Assembly (NCBI GenBank): GCA_004764695.1
Contig: SMSO01000025.1
Location: forward strand, 124,001-188,000
Direction of reading: 5' to 3'
Source of the DNA: Schizochytrium sp. TIO01
Taxonomy: Eukaryota; Protista; Bigyra: Labyrinthulomycetes
DNA: 64,000 nucleotides
The position numbers and the translations under genes are program-made. The notes under the pieces were generated by a model. That model saw only the letters and a program-made list of their open reading frames with translations. It did not search any database and had not been told where the DNA came from. Of this stretch, positions 25,727 to 37,389 are shown piece by piece (the stretch's first letter is position 1; each line of letters starts with the position of its first letter).

Positions 25727-27545
25727 CTTGCAGCTCTTCTCGTACTCAAGGTTCTCCTCGGAAATGATGGCCACGATGAACTAGTAGAATATCCTAATCT
25801 AAATTCAACACGTTGCCTCAGCAGTTTATATCGTTGGTCTTTGTCCCACAGCGATGCAAACGTCCAGTAATTATCCCGCTATTGTCAACAACCCTCAACA
25901 CTGATATCGTCGTTGTTTTGGTCACTACCTTTCTGAAAAGGAAAAAGAAGACGGTTGTCTTACTCCACCTGGCAAGACTACCACGGACGTTTGGAATAAG
26001 ACTACACGGCTCAGTCGCTGGCAGTTCCCCTGATAATGGCGGTCGTAGCTTTAGCCACCCAGCAGTTTTGCTCAAGAGCTTCAAAGAAGTGGACAGTTCA
26101 ATATTGCGCGAGCACGAAGTAAAAGCGCCGCGGACAAGGCTTTGGGCGTCGTCGCTTGAATGAATGTTAAGTTAGTGATGGGCTGATGTCAGCCAGACGC
26201 TCGAGGGAGTGCAGTGCCACCACTCCTTAAGGGTGGGACTGTCCTCGCCGAGATCCTGCCCGCAGCAGATCAGCACACGCCCAGCGCAGGGCCCTCGACC
26301 GTGCTGTCTTGGATGAGGATTGATTGATGATGATCACTCACGACAATCCACTATAGCGAGAGAAAAATTATTTCCTTTTTAATTCCTCATTATGACTTGG
26401 ATGAGGATTTTAAGTTATCAAAGAAATCGACAACAATTCATCGAAGCAAATCCAACGCATTATTCATACAAGTTACCCAATATAAAATGCCATGAGGGCG
26501 GCTAAATGGTCGTTCTAACCCCGTGCCCTTTCCTAATCGAAATGATTTGCAACAATTCACCACCTCCACTCTGCATGGGCCACTCAGATTTCCCAAACCC
26601 ATGTGAACTATCTGTCGAATCCGATAGAAAATGGAGGCGACATTGGTCATGTTCCCCGCATTACCTTTATGTATGTGCTGTAGAAGTCAGGATAAACTAC
26701 ATAGGGGTAATTAAATACGGTGTATTATAATTGCAAGGGTGAGCGAGATCGAATGTAGTAGTACTTAGGTAGGTTGGTAACCTACGTAGCAGTGCTTTCT
26801 TTGGATGGAGAACCACACAAGTTATTGGCCGGCACGGGACTCGAAGACGATCATGTTCGATTGAAGTGAATTTTATGATGTCTGGACAACGATGGGGAAT
26901 GAAGACCAATTACATAGTATGGCTGTTTAAGCGGGGATGAATCTTGAGGTGCCGGGACACCTCAACTAGTGGGCGCCCAACAATCTCTTCACTACCTACT
27001 ATTATACCTGCCATAATATTTAAGGTTTGTGTATTTTGCTGTAAGACTTTGCTTTAGGTTCTTTGTAAGTACAAAGTACTCAGCAATGAAGTTTCATGCA
27101 AAAAGGCTGTGGACCGTGCAGCGTTCGGTGTATATGACGCATTGATTGATGTACTCATGATTGCTTTTGCACCTTAGGACCGGCCTTAACATACATATTC
27201 TGAAAGCGTACGAACTTGTAAGCAAGCTTTGCGACGGAGTTGCCATGTCCCAAGATCGTTTCCTCGTGCATACCAAATGCACAAGATGCCACGGTCTAGT
27301 ATTAGGTAGGTACCTAGGCACCTAATATGCCGTCTTTTTGCCTGAACGGTGTGCGCCTGCTACTTCTAATTGTTCATGACATTTGCCAGCAAACCCTTGT
27401 ATTGTGTGCAGGCCGGCATCTAAACAGCAACTTTGTAAATTCAGAAAGGAAAGATTATCTAGAGAATAATTAATAAGGGTTTTATGACACCCTGGTATAT
27501 TACTTTATAGAAGAATTTAATGTTCAGGAAAAAAAAAGTTATATT

Positions 27546-30500
27546 TTAGACAAGATTAATGCCATGGGTATTACCCAAGACATCTTCATTGCGCGCGTCC
27601 TCGGGAAGATGCAGCCGTTGGAAGGTATGATGATCTGGGTTTTTGTCAAGATCATGTTCTTGCTTGAGAAGTTTGGCACTATCCTTTAATTTTATTTGCT
27701 CCTCGTCAGGAATGGGGTCTGCATGAGAGCCTACATAGGATATTTTGTCATTTTTCGTCTTACAGGCTTGATCATTTCCAGCCTCGAGGTCAGCATCATT
27801 TTTCATAGAAACGGGCTCGACATCTTGAAAATGCTTAAACACTCTAGACATGTGGTTCAAGACACTCTTTACCTCCTCGTTATCAGGCTGTGTATGAGCC
27901 AGACGACGGAAATTATCAAATATTGACGATGTCGAGTCGTGCGATGATATTTCATGTGGTGTTATAACACGGAAACCGGCTTCCTCCTCGGCATGGCCCG
28001 TGGGAAAATCATCAGAACCTGTTTGAACAGACACGTTTCGCACTTCTTTCTTTCCAACTCGGTATAAGAAACCCTTGTTGCGAATAATTTCACGATATCG
28101 TTCTCGGACAACAGGGTTCATGTATCGCTCCCGGGATCGCCCGATCGAGTCCATGGTTTCCATATGCACATGCCAAAGATCAGGATCAAACACATGGTAG
28201 TGAGCTTGAATGCACCAAAGCAAAAAGCTGAAAGCATATCTTGTGCACGAGTGTGCGCTTGGTCGATTGCCATAAAACATATTACCGTGCTGCAGGAATC
28301 TTTCGATGCGAGAAGGGCTTATGATGAAACGACCATTGGAATCTAAAAGGATCTGCCTTCCCACATGCCGATACCCTGTCAGAGTTATACTTCGTAAGAA
28401 GTTCCGAGGTGGGCTCTTTGGGATAATATCGCCAGCGTTGACAAACCGGTTCGTTTTGGGAACAAGCAGGTTATAACGCGACATGAATACCAGGTTACCC
28501 ACGCGGGGGCAACCAAATGTGGAACAGGCAACTGCAACATCGTCTCGACCAGTTCGCTTACGTAAATGAACTGCTACATCAAAGGCACATAGCGTTGCTA
28601 GAGCCCCGCCCAGAGAATGGCCCGTACAGATTACTGCGCGGATTTGGTTACCATCAAAATCTACGGCGAGTTGATCAACATATTTGAGAACTTGATTTCG
28701 CACTGTGACGTAAGACTCAAGAAATCCTCGGTGAACATGGGCTGTTAGTCCACGAGATGCAAAAACTGACTCCTGGTCATCTTCCAGGTCCTCAATGAGC
28801 CACTTTTGATTTGCCACATCCCATGGGTGTAGCTGAAGCGCAAGGTCTGTTCGGCGGTTTGCATCCGACACAGTACCACGAAAGGCTATGAAAAGTCTAT
28901 CATCACTGCTGGACACGAGACAGTGTGTGTCTGAGCGGTCGTCGATAATGTGCTCCTCATATGTATAGTTCGGTGATTCAATCAGAGCCGCCTCTTCTTC
29001 TACACTCATATCCCCGCGGTTGTTAGATAGAAAGTATGTTACAACAGTGAAGTTAAACGCTAGGATTTCGGACTCTAAAATCAAAACATTGAGATCTCGA
29101 ATCATGGTGATCACAGGTGGTTCGCCTTCTAATTCTGCTTTCGCCATTGAGGCAATATTTCGGAATGACTCCGAGGTACCAAGGTTACGAAGCTTTTGAG
29201 AATCAAGGCTAGAAATTTGACGGCATCGCTTTAACGCCATAAAAGGTACAACTTGTTGAATCCGCCGCGCACCTTCCTCAATCATAATGTACACTGGACG
29301 TTCTTGATCCTCGAGACGAAGCTGATGACGGACCATGAGACGTTCACGGAAAAATAAGAGTGCAGCCTCCTTTTGTTTTTCAGACAGCACCGAGTCCCCA
29401 ACGGCACTGTGTTGCTTCCCTAAAGCGGTCATACGCGCAATTTTGTTTTCGAGTGCCGTGTCGGCTTCAGAAAGGCAGCTTGAAGTGCGCTCTCCAAGTC
29501 CACGGGGGCGATCAGACCCACTGGTAACGCTGTATAGAGGACAGAAACACCCACGAATCCCTTCAGAATCAGCTGGCAGATAGGACCAGGCCATCATTGA
29601 ATAATTAATAGCCACAATAAATCCATAGTATGTAAGCGAAATTGTTGCTCCAGAGACACCAACATGAAAAAGGGGATCAACATCAACGTAAAATTCGCCC
29701 AAGGCATTGCGCCTGGGCCTATCGATCCAATACTCGACTGGTTCGACTGAGACAACGAGTATACCCATAATTGTTCCAAGAAAAAATAAGGACACGGATT
29801 GAAAGGCGTAAAACAAAAAGCTGATTTGCTGTGGGCGTGTCACAGAATAAGGCACGCGTTTCAGTGCTTGTTTTGCCCGCGACAGTAGACGTCCATATGT
29901 GTAAAGGAGGCCAACTTCAAGAACGAAAGTAATCCCCGTTCCTAAGGCCCGATAGAACACCTTTTCATCAGAACATAAGGATATACCTGAACCATCATTG
30001 TAGGCGCACACACGAAAAACCGAGATGATACCAACGAGTGGAACAACGTTGGGTGCCACCTCCCACTTGGTGGCATAAATGCAGTTCCAAACCACCAAGA
30101 CTCCTGCTAGTAAAACGTTTATCACTCCAGTTTTTGAAATATATAAAAGTTCCTTGTAGCCACGCTCATCCCAAAGGATAGTTTCAAGCGAGTCGCGAGC
30201 CTTTTGAATAAGGTTTTGGATATCTTCTGTGATTTTATACATTGGATTAATCTCTCCACTGTTCTCGTGCAGCGCAGTTGGGTCACTTTCGCTGTCATTT
30301 TCTGCTTCAGAGTCGCTACTAAAGCTCAAGTCCGCGTCAAGGTTAAATCGCTGGCTCTGCATGCCTGAGCCTTGCTTTCTTCGCAGACGTGGGATCATTC
30401 CGTTTTCTTTGAGCTTAAGTACTGCTTGACTTTTTTGCACTTCCAGCTTGCCTGGAGGCTTTCTGCGTTTATCCTTGACCTTTTTGTACTTTCGCCCTTT

Positions 30501-31709
30501 CCCTTTACGGGTCTTCTTTTGCTTTTGATCCTCGTCCTCTTTGGTAAACATACTTTCCACAGAGCGTAAGGTGACGCGCGTCAGCTCGGCTAGAACACCA
30601 AAAATGCCAATGCAGCTATATGACATCACAACACTGATAAGCGAAAGCACAGTCAGCTCATAATCAGATTCGTAGCTAAGCTTACGGAAGAGAAAACCTT
30701 GTGTAGTATCCTCATCGTGAGCAGCTTTAATTGCGGACTCCCAGAACCAGTCAGCTCCCCAGAACGATGTGGTCGGATTCCCAAAGAGAAGACATGTTAC
30801 ACCGGCGACCAAAAGCTGTTCGGGCAATGGTTTGGAGTGGCTTGTGAAACAGAGCTTGCGGAGAATTCTCTGTGGATAAGCCACGAAGACAAACGTTACA
30901 ACTGCAGCTGCTAGAAGATGCGTTGTGCCAGCCAGAATGACAATTGTCCACTGATGACCTGGCTCGTCTCTGCTAAACTCCACAATAGTGTAGAGCGCAA
31001 CAATTGCAGTGTATAACGAGGCAAGGCCGAGTACAAGCCAGATCAAATCAAGTGCCTTGCTAGAAAATACCTCTACTTTTAATTGCGGAATCATTCCCAC
31101 ATTCATGAACACAGTGACCTTGTGTAACTGGTTAAGCTGACGTACAGCTTCATCGTGAAACTCCTCATGTCCTAATCTCGAAAACCTGAAGTGTGAATTA
31201 TGCTCAAGCGGGTGCTCCTCATCTCCGGAATTACTTTGGTCTCTCTGGATGCCCTGCGGGGAACATTGTTGTTCGTGGTCATAACGTCTTGGATCAGATT
31301 CTGAAGCCCCCCTTGAACCCGATTCTGAGGATGATATGGACAACCTCGAGGATTGCGGAGATCCCATGTGCAACCTTACCTCGACGTCATTTTCGTCAAT
31401 TGTATTAAATGCCCCCCCCTCAGAGCCAGAATTTCCAAATTCTGAGTTTGATGGTGCTTGTGAATAATCTTCAGTTGCACGCCCACCACGGAAACAGTGA
31501 CGCCTTTCTGGAGATTTAGGATCGCCATGCCGAGGCTCCTCATCCTCCTCTTCGGAGTCCAAATCCTCGCTCAGATAGGTGCCCTGTCGTTCCAGATGCG
31601 CTGGAAGAGGCGGAGGTGGTGGGAGTTCGTCTGGGCCGTCGCCCATCGTGCTTCGCTCGACGGGCTTTTGAGAACTGCTCTCGCCATGGAAGAACTCTGT
31701 TACGCTCAT
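27546..31709 (-). CDS. Multi-transmembrane class 3 lipase (DAG-lipase-like architecture)
   Basis: IAFRGT, HVHRGF, CTGHSLGGALA (GxSxG nucleophile), TFGCPRVGN, VNAGDIIPKSP. Several hydrophobic segments lie N-terminal to the lipase domain. Confidence 0.88.
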   Translation of the reverse strand: MSVTEFFHGESSSQKPVERSTMGDGPDELPPPPPLPAHLERQGTYLSEDLDSEEEDEEPRHGDPKSPERRHCFRGGRATEDYSQAPSNSEFGNSGSEGGAFNTIDENDVEVRLHMGSPQSSRLSISSSESGSRGASESDPRRYDHEQQCSPQGIQRDQSNSGDEEHPLEHNSHFRFSRLGHEEFHDEAVRQLNQLHKVTVFMNVGMIPQLKVEVFSSKALDLIWLVLGLASLYTAIVALYTIVEFSRDEPGHQWTIVILAGTTHLLAAAVVTFVFVAYPQRILRKLCFTSHSKPLPEQLLVAGVTCLLFGNPTTSFWGADWFWESAIKAAHDEDTTQGFLFRKLSYESDYELTVLSLISVVMSYSCIGIFGVLAELTRVTLRSVESMFTKEDEDQKQKKTRKGKGRKYKKVKDKRRKPPGKLEVQKSQAVLKLKENGMIPRLRRKQGSGMQSQRFNLDADLSFSSDSEAENDSESDPTALHENSGEINPMYKITEDIQNLIQKARDSLETILWDERGYKELLYISKTGVINVLLAGVLVVWNCIYATKWEVAPNVVPLVGIISVFRVCAYNDGSGISLCSDEKVFYRALGTGITFVLEVGLLYTYGRLLSRAKQALKRVPYSVTRPQQISFLFYAFQSVSLFFLGTIMGILVVSVEPVEYWIDRPRRNALGEFYVDVDPLFHVGVSGATISLTYYGFIVAINYSMMAWSYLPADSEGIRGCFCPLYSVTSGSDRPRGLGERTSSCLSEADTALENKIARMTALGKQHSAVGDSVLSEKQKEAALLFFRERLMVRHQLRLEDQERPVYIMIEEGARRIQQVVPFMALKRCRQISSLDSQKLRNLGTSESFRNIASMAKAELEGEPPVITMIRDLNVLILESEILAFNFTVVTYFLSNNRGDMSVEEEAALIESPNYTYEEHIIDDRSDTHCLVSSSDDRLFIAFRGTVSDANRRTDLALQLHPWDVANQKWLIEDLEDDQESVFASRGLTAHVHRGFLESYVTVRNQVLKYVDQLAVDFDGNQIRAVICTGHSLGGALATLCAFDVAVHLRKRTGRDDVAVACSTFGCPRVGNLVFMSRYNLLVPKTNRFVNAGDIIPKSPPRNFLRSITLTGYRHVGRQILLDSNGRFIISPSRIERFLQHGNMFYGNRPSAHSCTRYAFSFLLWCIQAHYHVFDPDLWHVHMETMDSIGRSRERYMNPVVRERYREIIRNKGFLYRVGKKEVRNVSVQTGSDDFPTGHAEEEAGFRVITPHEISSHDSTSSIFDNFRRLAHTQPDNEEVKSVLNHMSRVFKHFQDVEPVSMKNDADLEAGNDQACKTKNDKISYVGSHADPIPDEEQIKLKDSAKLLKQEHDLDKNPDHHTFQRLHLPEDARNEDVLGNTHGINLV

Positions 31710-34700
31710 TTTTTATTTTATTTTTTAATAATTTGCAAAGAGCAAGTAATTTGCAGAAAGTCACTTGCTGCAGTATTCTATGAACAAAGATGGTCTTGCA
31801 AGTTCAATGTCGGCTTCAACGGTTCCTTGCTATAAGCCGGCGCATAATCTCCACGATGTGTGGATCTGGAACCGTGACTAGCTAGCTCACTGAAGAAACC
31901 CGAGGTTTCTATCTGGACAACCTAAAAACTCATTGAGGATTGCAATTTCTATCAGCTTATTGCGTTCAGTGAACCAATGGCACCGCAGGAATTCTGTCGT
32001 CTTCCGAGGTCTATATCGCAGAGATACCATGCTTTAAATGCCGATAAAGCACTCGATTCAAGTGAGGCTACACCAGCAGGTGCTGCTTTTCGACACACCC
32101 ATTTCGTTTCGCTAAGTGATGTTGCAGCGTTCGAATGGTTGTAGGCACGAGTGAGTCAGCGAGTGGTGGACTTTTGATCACTAAAATGTATGGAAAAAGG
32201 AATAAAACGAAACGAAACGAAACGAATCGAACCAAAGGAACAAAGTAACAGTGGTGGCGAATATAAGCTGACTCAGGAAGGTCAGTTTCTATGCTCTCTT
32301 GTGGGATATCAACATCTTGGTTGAAGCTTCCAAGCCTCTTGGTGAGAAACGCCAATCTATCGAGAGGTATTTTGGCGATTGAACAAGTGCATAAATATAT
32401 ATTGATTCTGTCACTTTGTATTTCTTCTCCTTCTTTTTCCTAAGTTAAAAACTTTAAATAGATCTATGGCAAAGAAAATGGATAAAATAAAATAAGTAAA
32501 TACAATAGAAATAGCGCACTGCTTTAGAGTCTATTTACATATTGAACATGCGATGAAGACGAATATAAATTCATTCCACTCAATGCAGAGCAGCTTCTCG
32601 CAGTTGCCATTGGTGCACAGCCGAGTCTTGCAGCCTGAAACAACGTCGAGAGCAACCAAGTCTGACCTCAATCTTCATGAACCTACATAGTGTTTCTAAT
32701 TTTTCTGGGTGAATGCCATTTATTGTACCCCATTCTCCTCCTCGTGAACATAAATCAAGACTCAGGATCTAGTGCTACTTCTACAAGTGCCTGTGGCATG
32801 AATCCATCCTCAAAGCGAGCCTTAGACGTCCTTGCATTGCTCTTTATTGTGCCGCCAGCCAGAGCTTTCAAGGTCTTTACTTTTTCAAGATGATGGAGTT
32901 GCTGTCTTATAATAGAATTGGAAAACTTTTGACCAGAGACCTGAGTGACTTCACTACCATCAGCGTAATCCACTCGCTGCCCTCTTGACAAGCACGTGAA
33001 TTTTAGCGCACAACAGACCACCGAGACCTCAAAGATGTCGTTGTTTGGCTTGCCTATTTCTGTAAATCAATCACTCGTGCTATTACCTGGTTTCGACTTG
33101 TGGTGGCTGCCACCGACTGTAAATCATGCTGGTGGAGCTCTTTTCAAGATCAAATTCGGGTACAGAGGCTGCAGTGGAGTGGCTGCATTCATTCGAAACG
33201 TTGCGGCGAGGATCGATTATGCACCGAATTGCAGGCAAATGCTCCCAGCGAGGAAATTCTACTATTATTTAGTTTATCGCCACAAATACTGACAAAGCAA
33301 AGTAAGATAGAAAAAGAAAAGTGCGCCTTCATTCTATTCTCTCATAAACATTTTTCAATGGTTCAGGGTTCTATCCAACCTTATAAGTAATGCCTAATAC
33401 CTTTCTTGTCGTGTTTTACTTTCTTGAAGGAAAGAACTTTTTCTCTTTTCTTCTTTTTCTTTTTTATTAAACACAAATAATCGATTGATCGACAATCACT
33501 GTTATGAATTAGCGAAAATTGACAATCTTAAAGACTACCACTTCTACCATCTTCATAAACGGCTGAGCTTGAGCCTCGTTTCCATGGGTGTGCGGGAAGA
33601 AGACACCTATCAGCACCCACGATCTTCAATTATAGCGCTATAACAGTACAGATCACGGTTTTACATCAAGCTCTGGTATTCGTTTCCTCAGCTGTTATAC
33701 CTAGCCCTACTCGTAGGCTTCTTGGCCTTCTTGTCTTTCGCATGCCGAATTCTGGTATGTCAACCGTGAAGCAGGAGCGCGCAGCTTCAAGTTCCTCTAG
33801 ACAAATAGCACTTTCGTCTTTGGCGTGGTGCGTTAATGATCATTCTGAGCTTTATTGTAAATGCGGCTGCAATGCTGACGCCACCCAGTTGAGGACTTTT
33901 GTAAGTCTGGGTGGCCGCTGTCACTCCTTCCCATGAAACTATTGTCGTCACCGCAAGGGTGTCTTGAATTCTGATCAGTGCGTAGTACCCAGTACCTGAC
34001 CCGCCTTGAAACTCCGCAAGAACCTCTAAGTTGTGCCTCAACTTGTGGCCAAACTTACTGGTTTTAACCGCAACCAAAGACACCATCGAAGAACCCTACT
34101 GTTTGTATTTAGCACTGAGGAAACCTGCCATCGATCCTTGCATACGGGTTACCCCTGGACACGCCCAGAATCTCGCAAGGTGTTATTGAACCTCTCAGGT
34201 CAACCGTGTAGCCGAGAACATTTTGCAAATTCGAGGAATAGCTCGGAGCTTGATACATCATTTTTCAAGCAAATCGTGAGCACAAATTACAACCGTTGAA
34301 GTTTTGCACGCGAAACCTTCTGCATGCTATCAAATGCCTCAAGGGAACATCTCCCGCAACCTTGAAGCTGTAGATGTTTATCTGTTAAAATTATGATCAA
34401 AGTTTCGTCAAAACATTGCCTTGATGAATTTGAGCCATTGGCAATCTAGGGTGCTGACACTTAAGTATCAGATCACTTCATGGTGAGTTGGCTCACACCT
34501 TGGTATGAGGATGAAATGAAAATCAAGAATGTCAGGCGTCGATAGACTACGATCTTGGTCACCAATTGCTACGCTAGATTTCAACGACGCTTGCGAGAGA
34601 CTCACTTGGGGAAGAAAAGAACTCTTGGAACAAACGAGACTTCGCAACCCACGCATATGCTAAATGTTCTGTATGATCCATAAGTTCTGAAAGTGAGTCA

Positions 34701-35524
34701 GGGAAACTATCCGTTGTAAAGTGCGATACTGTTTTTGAGTAAACTTGTTGGGAAACTTGCTCACGAAATGACGGCTAGGGAGGGGAAGCTTACGAAGTCC
34801 GAGTAAAGACCCTGGAAAGATAAAAATATGTCTTATGGCCAGAACTATTTTTTTTTTTGCAAGCTTAGCGCTTGAAGCTAACAAGTTGCTTTTGGTTTTA
34901 CTTCTCGTGTGAGTCTTATAATTGACTTCTTCTGGAGTGAGGTTCCTCTTTGAAAATTCCACCCCACGCAGTTCTTCTCGCATCTGAATACTAGTATTAT
35001 TTAAGGTATATAAAACCTGGAAGCTCCCATCCGCGCTCAACTTGTTGTTGCAGATTTACTTGATTTCCGAATCAAACAACACATTTCCCTATTCTTCGAC
35101 AAGCGTGCTACTGTTAGAAGAGCTCCCTTAGAAGCTAACTACATGTGACTAAGCTGACTGCGCCGCGCGGTTCACAAAGGGTAAGAAAGAAAGAGCACCA
35201 TATCAACAGCTTCGTAGAATTTGTGAGCTGGCAACCGTGTCACAACGCCAAGAAGGTTGCCTTCTGTCAATTTACGCTCGCCGTGTAGTCTGTATTGCAG
35301 ATATTCATAGAGCTAGTTATCTGAAAGGACTTAGTATAAAGCAGAATTTGGGTTGAAGGCTAGCATAGTACCGCTTCTCTGTTGTATTGTCTTCAAACTC
35401 TAAAAGTTGAAGCAGCTTGAGGTGGAGAGATCTGTCGCTCGGCACTCTGGCCAGGCTGTGCGTGACGGAGTACAATAGGCTCTCGGACCTTGCAAGGTGG
35501 CAGCGAGGGCAAGTTTCGAGGTAA

Positions 35525-37271
35525 ATGGCGCCGTCGCTACGATCGGTAACAGCGACTCTGGTGAACAATCTATTCGAACTTTTGAAAAGTCCACCGGTGC
35601 TGGTCTCTGATGTTCGCAAGTTGCATGATCTCTTGCGCACCAACCAACGGGCACTAGAATATGCATTAAGTAAAGGGCTTGCACAAATATTAGACGATGC
35701 ATTACAAGGACGCGCAATCTTTGAGGTTCTGCGTGTCTTTGACTATATTAGTAAAGCTTCAGCACGTGGCCGCGCAGAAGTTCGAACTGTATTGCACCCT
35801 AAAAAACTGACGAGTCTCCTTCGCCAGAAGAATTCTGATCTAGAGTGTTGTCAGCTCGCTTTACGGCTTTTGTGCTTGGTAGTCAGAGGTCCAAGCGCCA
35901 GGGAGGTTTCATGTAGTGATTTGAGGTCTGTTCTCCAGACCTTGGTAAAATTTGGCTGTGAGTCTCCAATAGTTTCTGCAGATGCTTGCCGCTTTACATT
36001 TTTATATTTCGAGACGCTTGGTGATAATCGTACAGCGATTCTTCGCGCAATCAATGGGTCAGACGAAGCTCCACAGCATAAGATTGAAGGCTTATATGAG
36101 CTTTCAAGGCATCTTTTGGTAGAGGATGATATTCTCTCGCATCTTGTCACAACTTTTCGACATATTGAGTCTACACAGAAGAGAATGGTCCGTGCTGGCG
36201 TTCTTGTTCTGTCAATTTTCGCACGCAGCCGTCTAAAGGATACCTATGTGCAATTGTTTCGCGTAGCGCAGACTGACTCTCGACGAGATGCTCGCATTAA
36301 CAATTTATTAGAGATCTACAATGAAGTGTTCTCCGCACCAAGTCATGGAGATAACAGCGAGGATGAATACTTTCTTGAAGACGACTTCGAGGCTGAAGAT
36401 ATCGAAGGAAGCCAAGATCTCCTCTCTGGGGATCAGGTACTGCCCGATACTATGACTTCCTTTTCCAGCGCAGCACACCCTTGAGTACTCCAGGAACCCA
36501 TTCCTTTCACCAAAGGGAAAACCAGCTTTTCCGTCTTCTACCCGCCCAAGCACGGCTCGTCCAAGGCATCATTCAGCTGTTGCATCGTCAAGGCAAGTTC
36601 GTTCGGCTCAAGGGAAACGTACTAATAAGTACGCGGTAAATCCACAGACGCATGCACGAGGTGTTAAAAAACAATCGAAGTGGCGTAAAAAGCAGTCCAT
36701 GAGTGTTCTTCTTCGAGCTGCCAAAACAATAGCACCAGATAAATATTCAACAAGCTCAGATATTGAGCGTATTCTTCACCGTATGGAACGCGTGCCAGAA
36801 TTGCCAAAGATGCGCTTTTTTCAACCCATGAACGATCAGGTGACGAATAGCCTCTATGCGGGGGGAGGAGAAGAGTATAACACGCTGCCTAAAGACATCC
36901 CTTCCAGTGAAGAGGTTGATGTCATGGTTGCAAGCGTAGAAGATATGAATCTGTATGATCATCATCACCAAACCTCCCAAAGGAGTGGAACAGGCCCCAA
37001 GTTAAGCTCCAATAAGAGCAAATCTCGCAAATACAGATCATCAAATGGACATGGGTCTCGTGGCCAGCTTATGCCTGGATGGGACCAAGGAACATCTGGG
37101 GACCATACACATGGTCCGCCAGCAAAGCAAAAAATTAATCTTCTTAACCGAGACCAAGCTATCGTTGAGGATTTTTCCGGCGGCCTGGACTATGCCGATA
37201 GATTGAAGATTATGATTGAAGATGTAAATGAACGTATTCGTGCAGTCGATGATAACTCTCTGGAATTGTAA
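35525..37271 (+). CDS. Uncharacterised protein (ARM-like N-terminus, disordered C-terminus), split by a +1 frameshift near 36456-36484
   Basis: 319-aa ORF 35525-36484. The frame of the downstream ORF 36699-37271 is open back to 36456 (...EYSRNPFLSPKGKPAFPSSTRPSTARPR...), overlapping the end of the first ORF. Confidence 0.6.
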
Positions 37272-37389
37272 AAGTTGTCTTCCCTACTATTCTCTCTTTT
37301 TTTTAAGGTGAAAAAAAAGATTTTGGTGAAAAAAAAAACTGAACATAAATTTGCTAAACATAGGATTACATATATTCATAAAAATTATT

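Noticed and set aside
32600-35100. Scattered 60-126 aa ORFs, possible transposon relics
   Set aside because: No transposase, RT or integrase motifs and no terminal repeats found.
36437-36468. Possible 32-nt GT-AG micro-intron explaining the 35525/36699 split
   Set aside because: Removing it gives the wrong frame, which stops at TAA near 36623.
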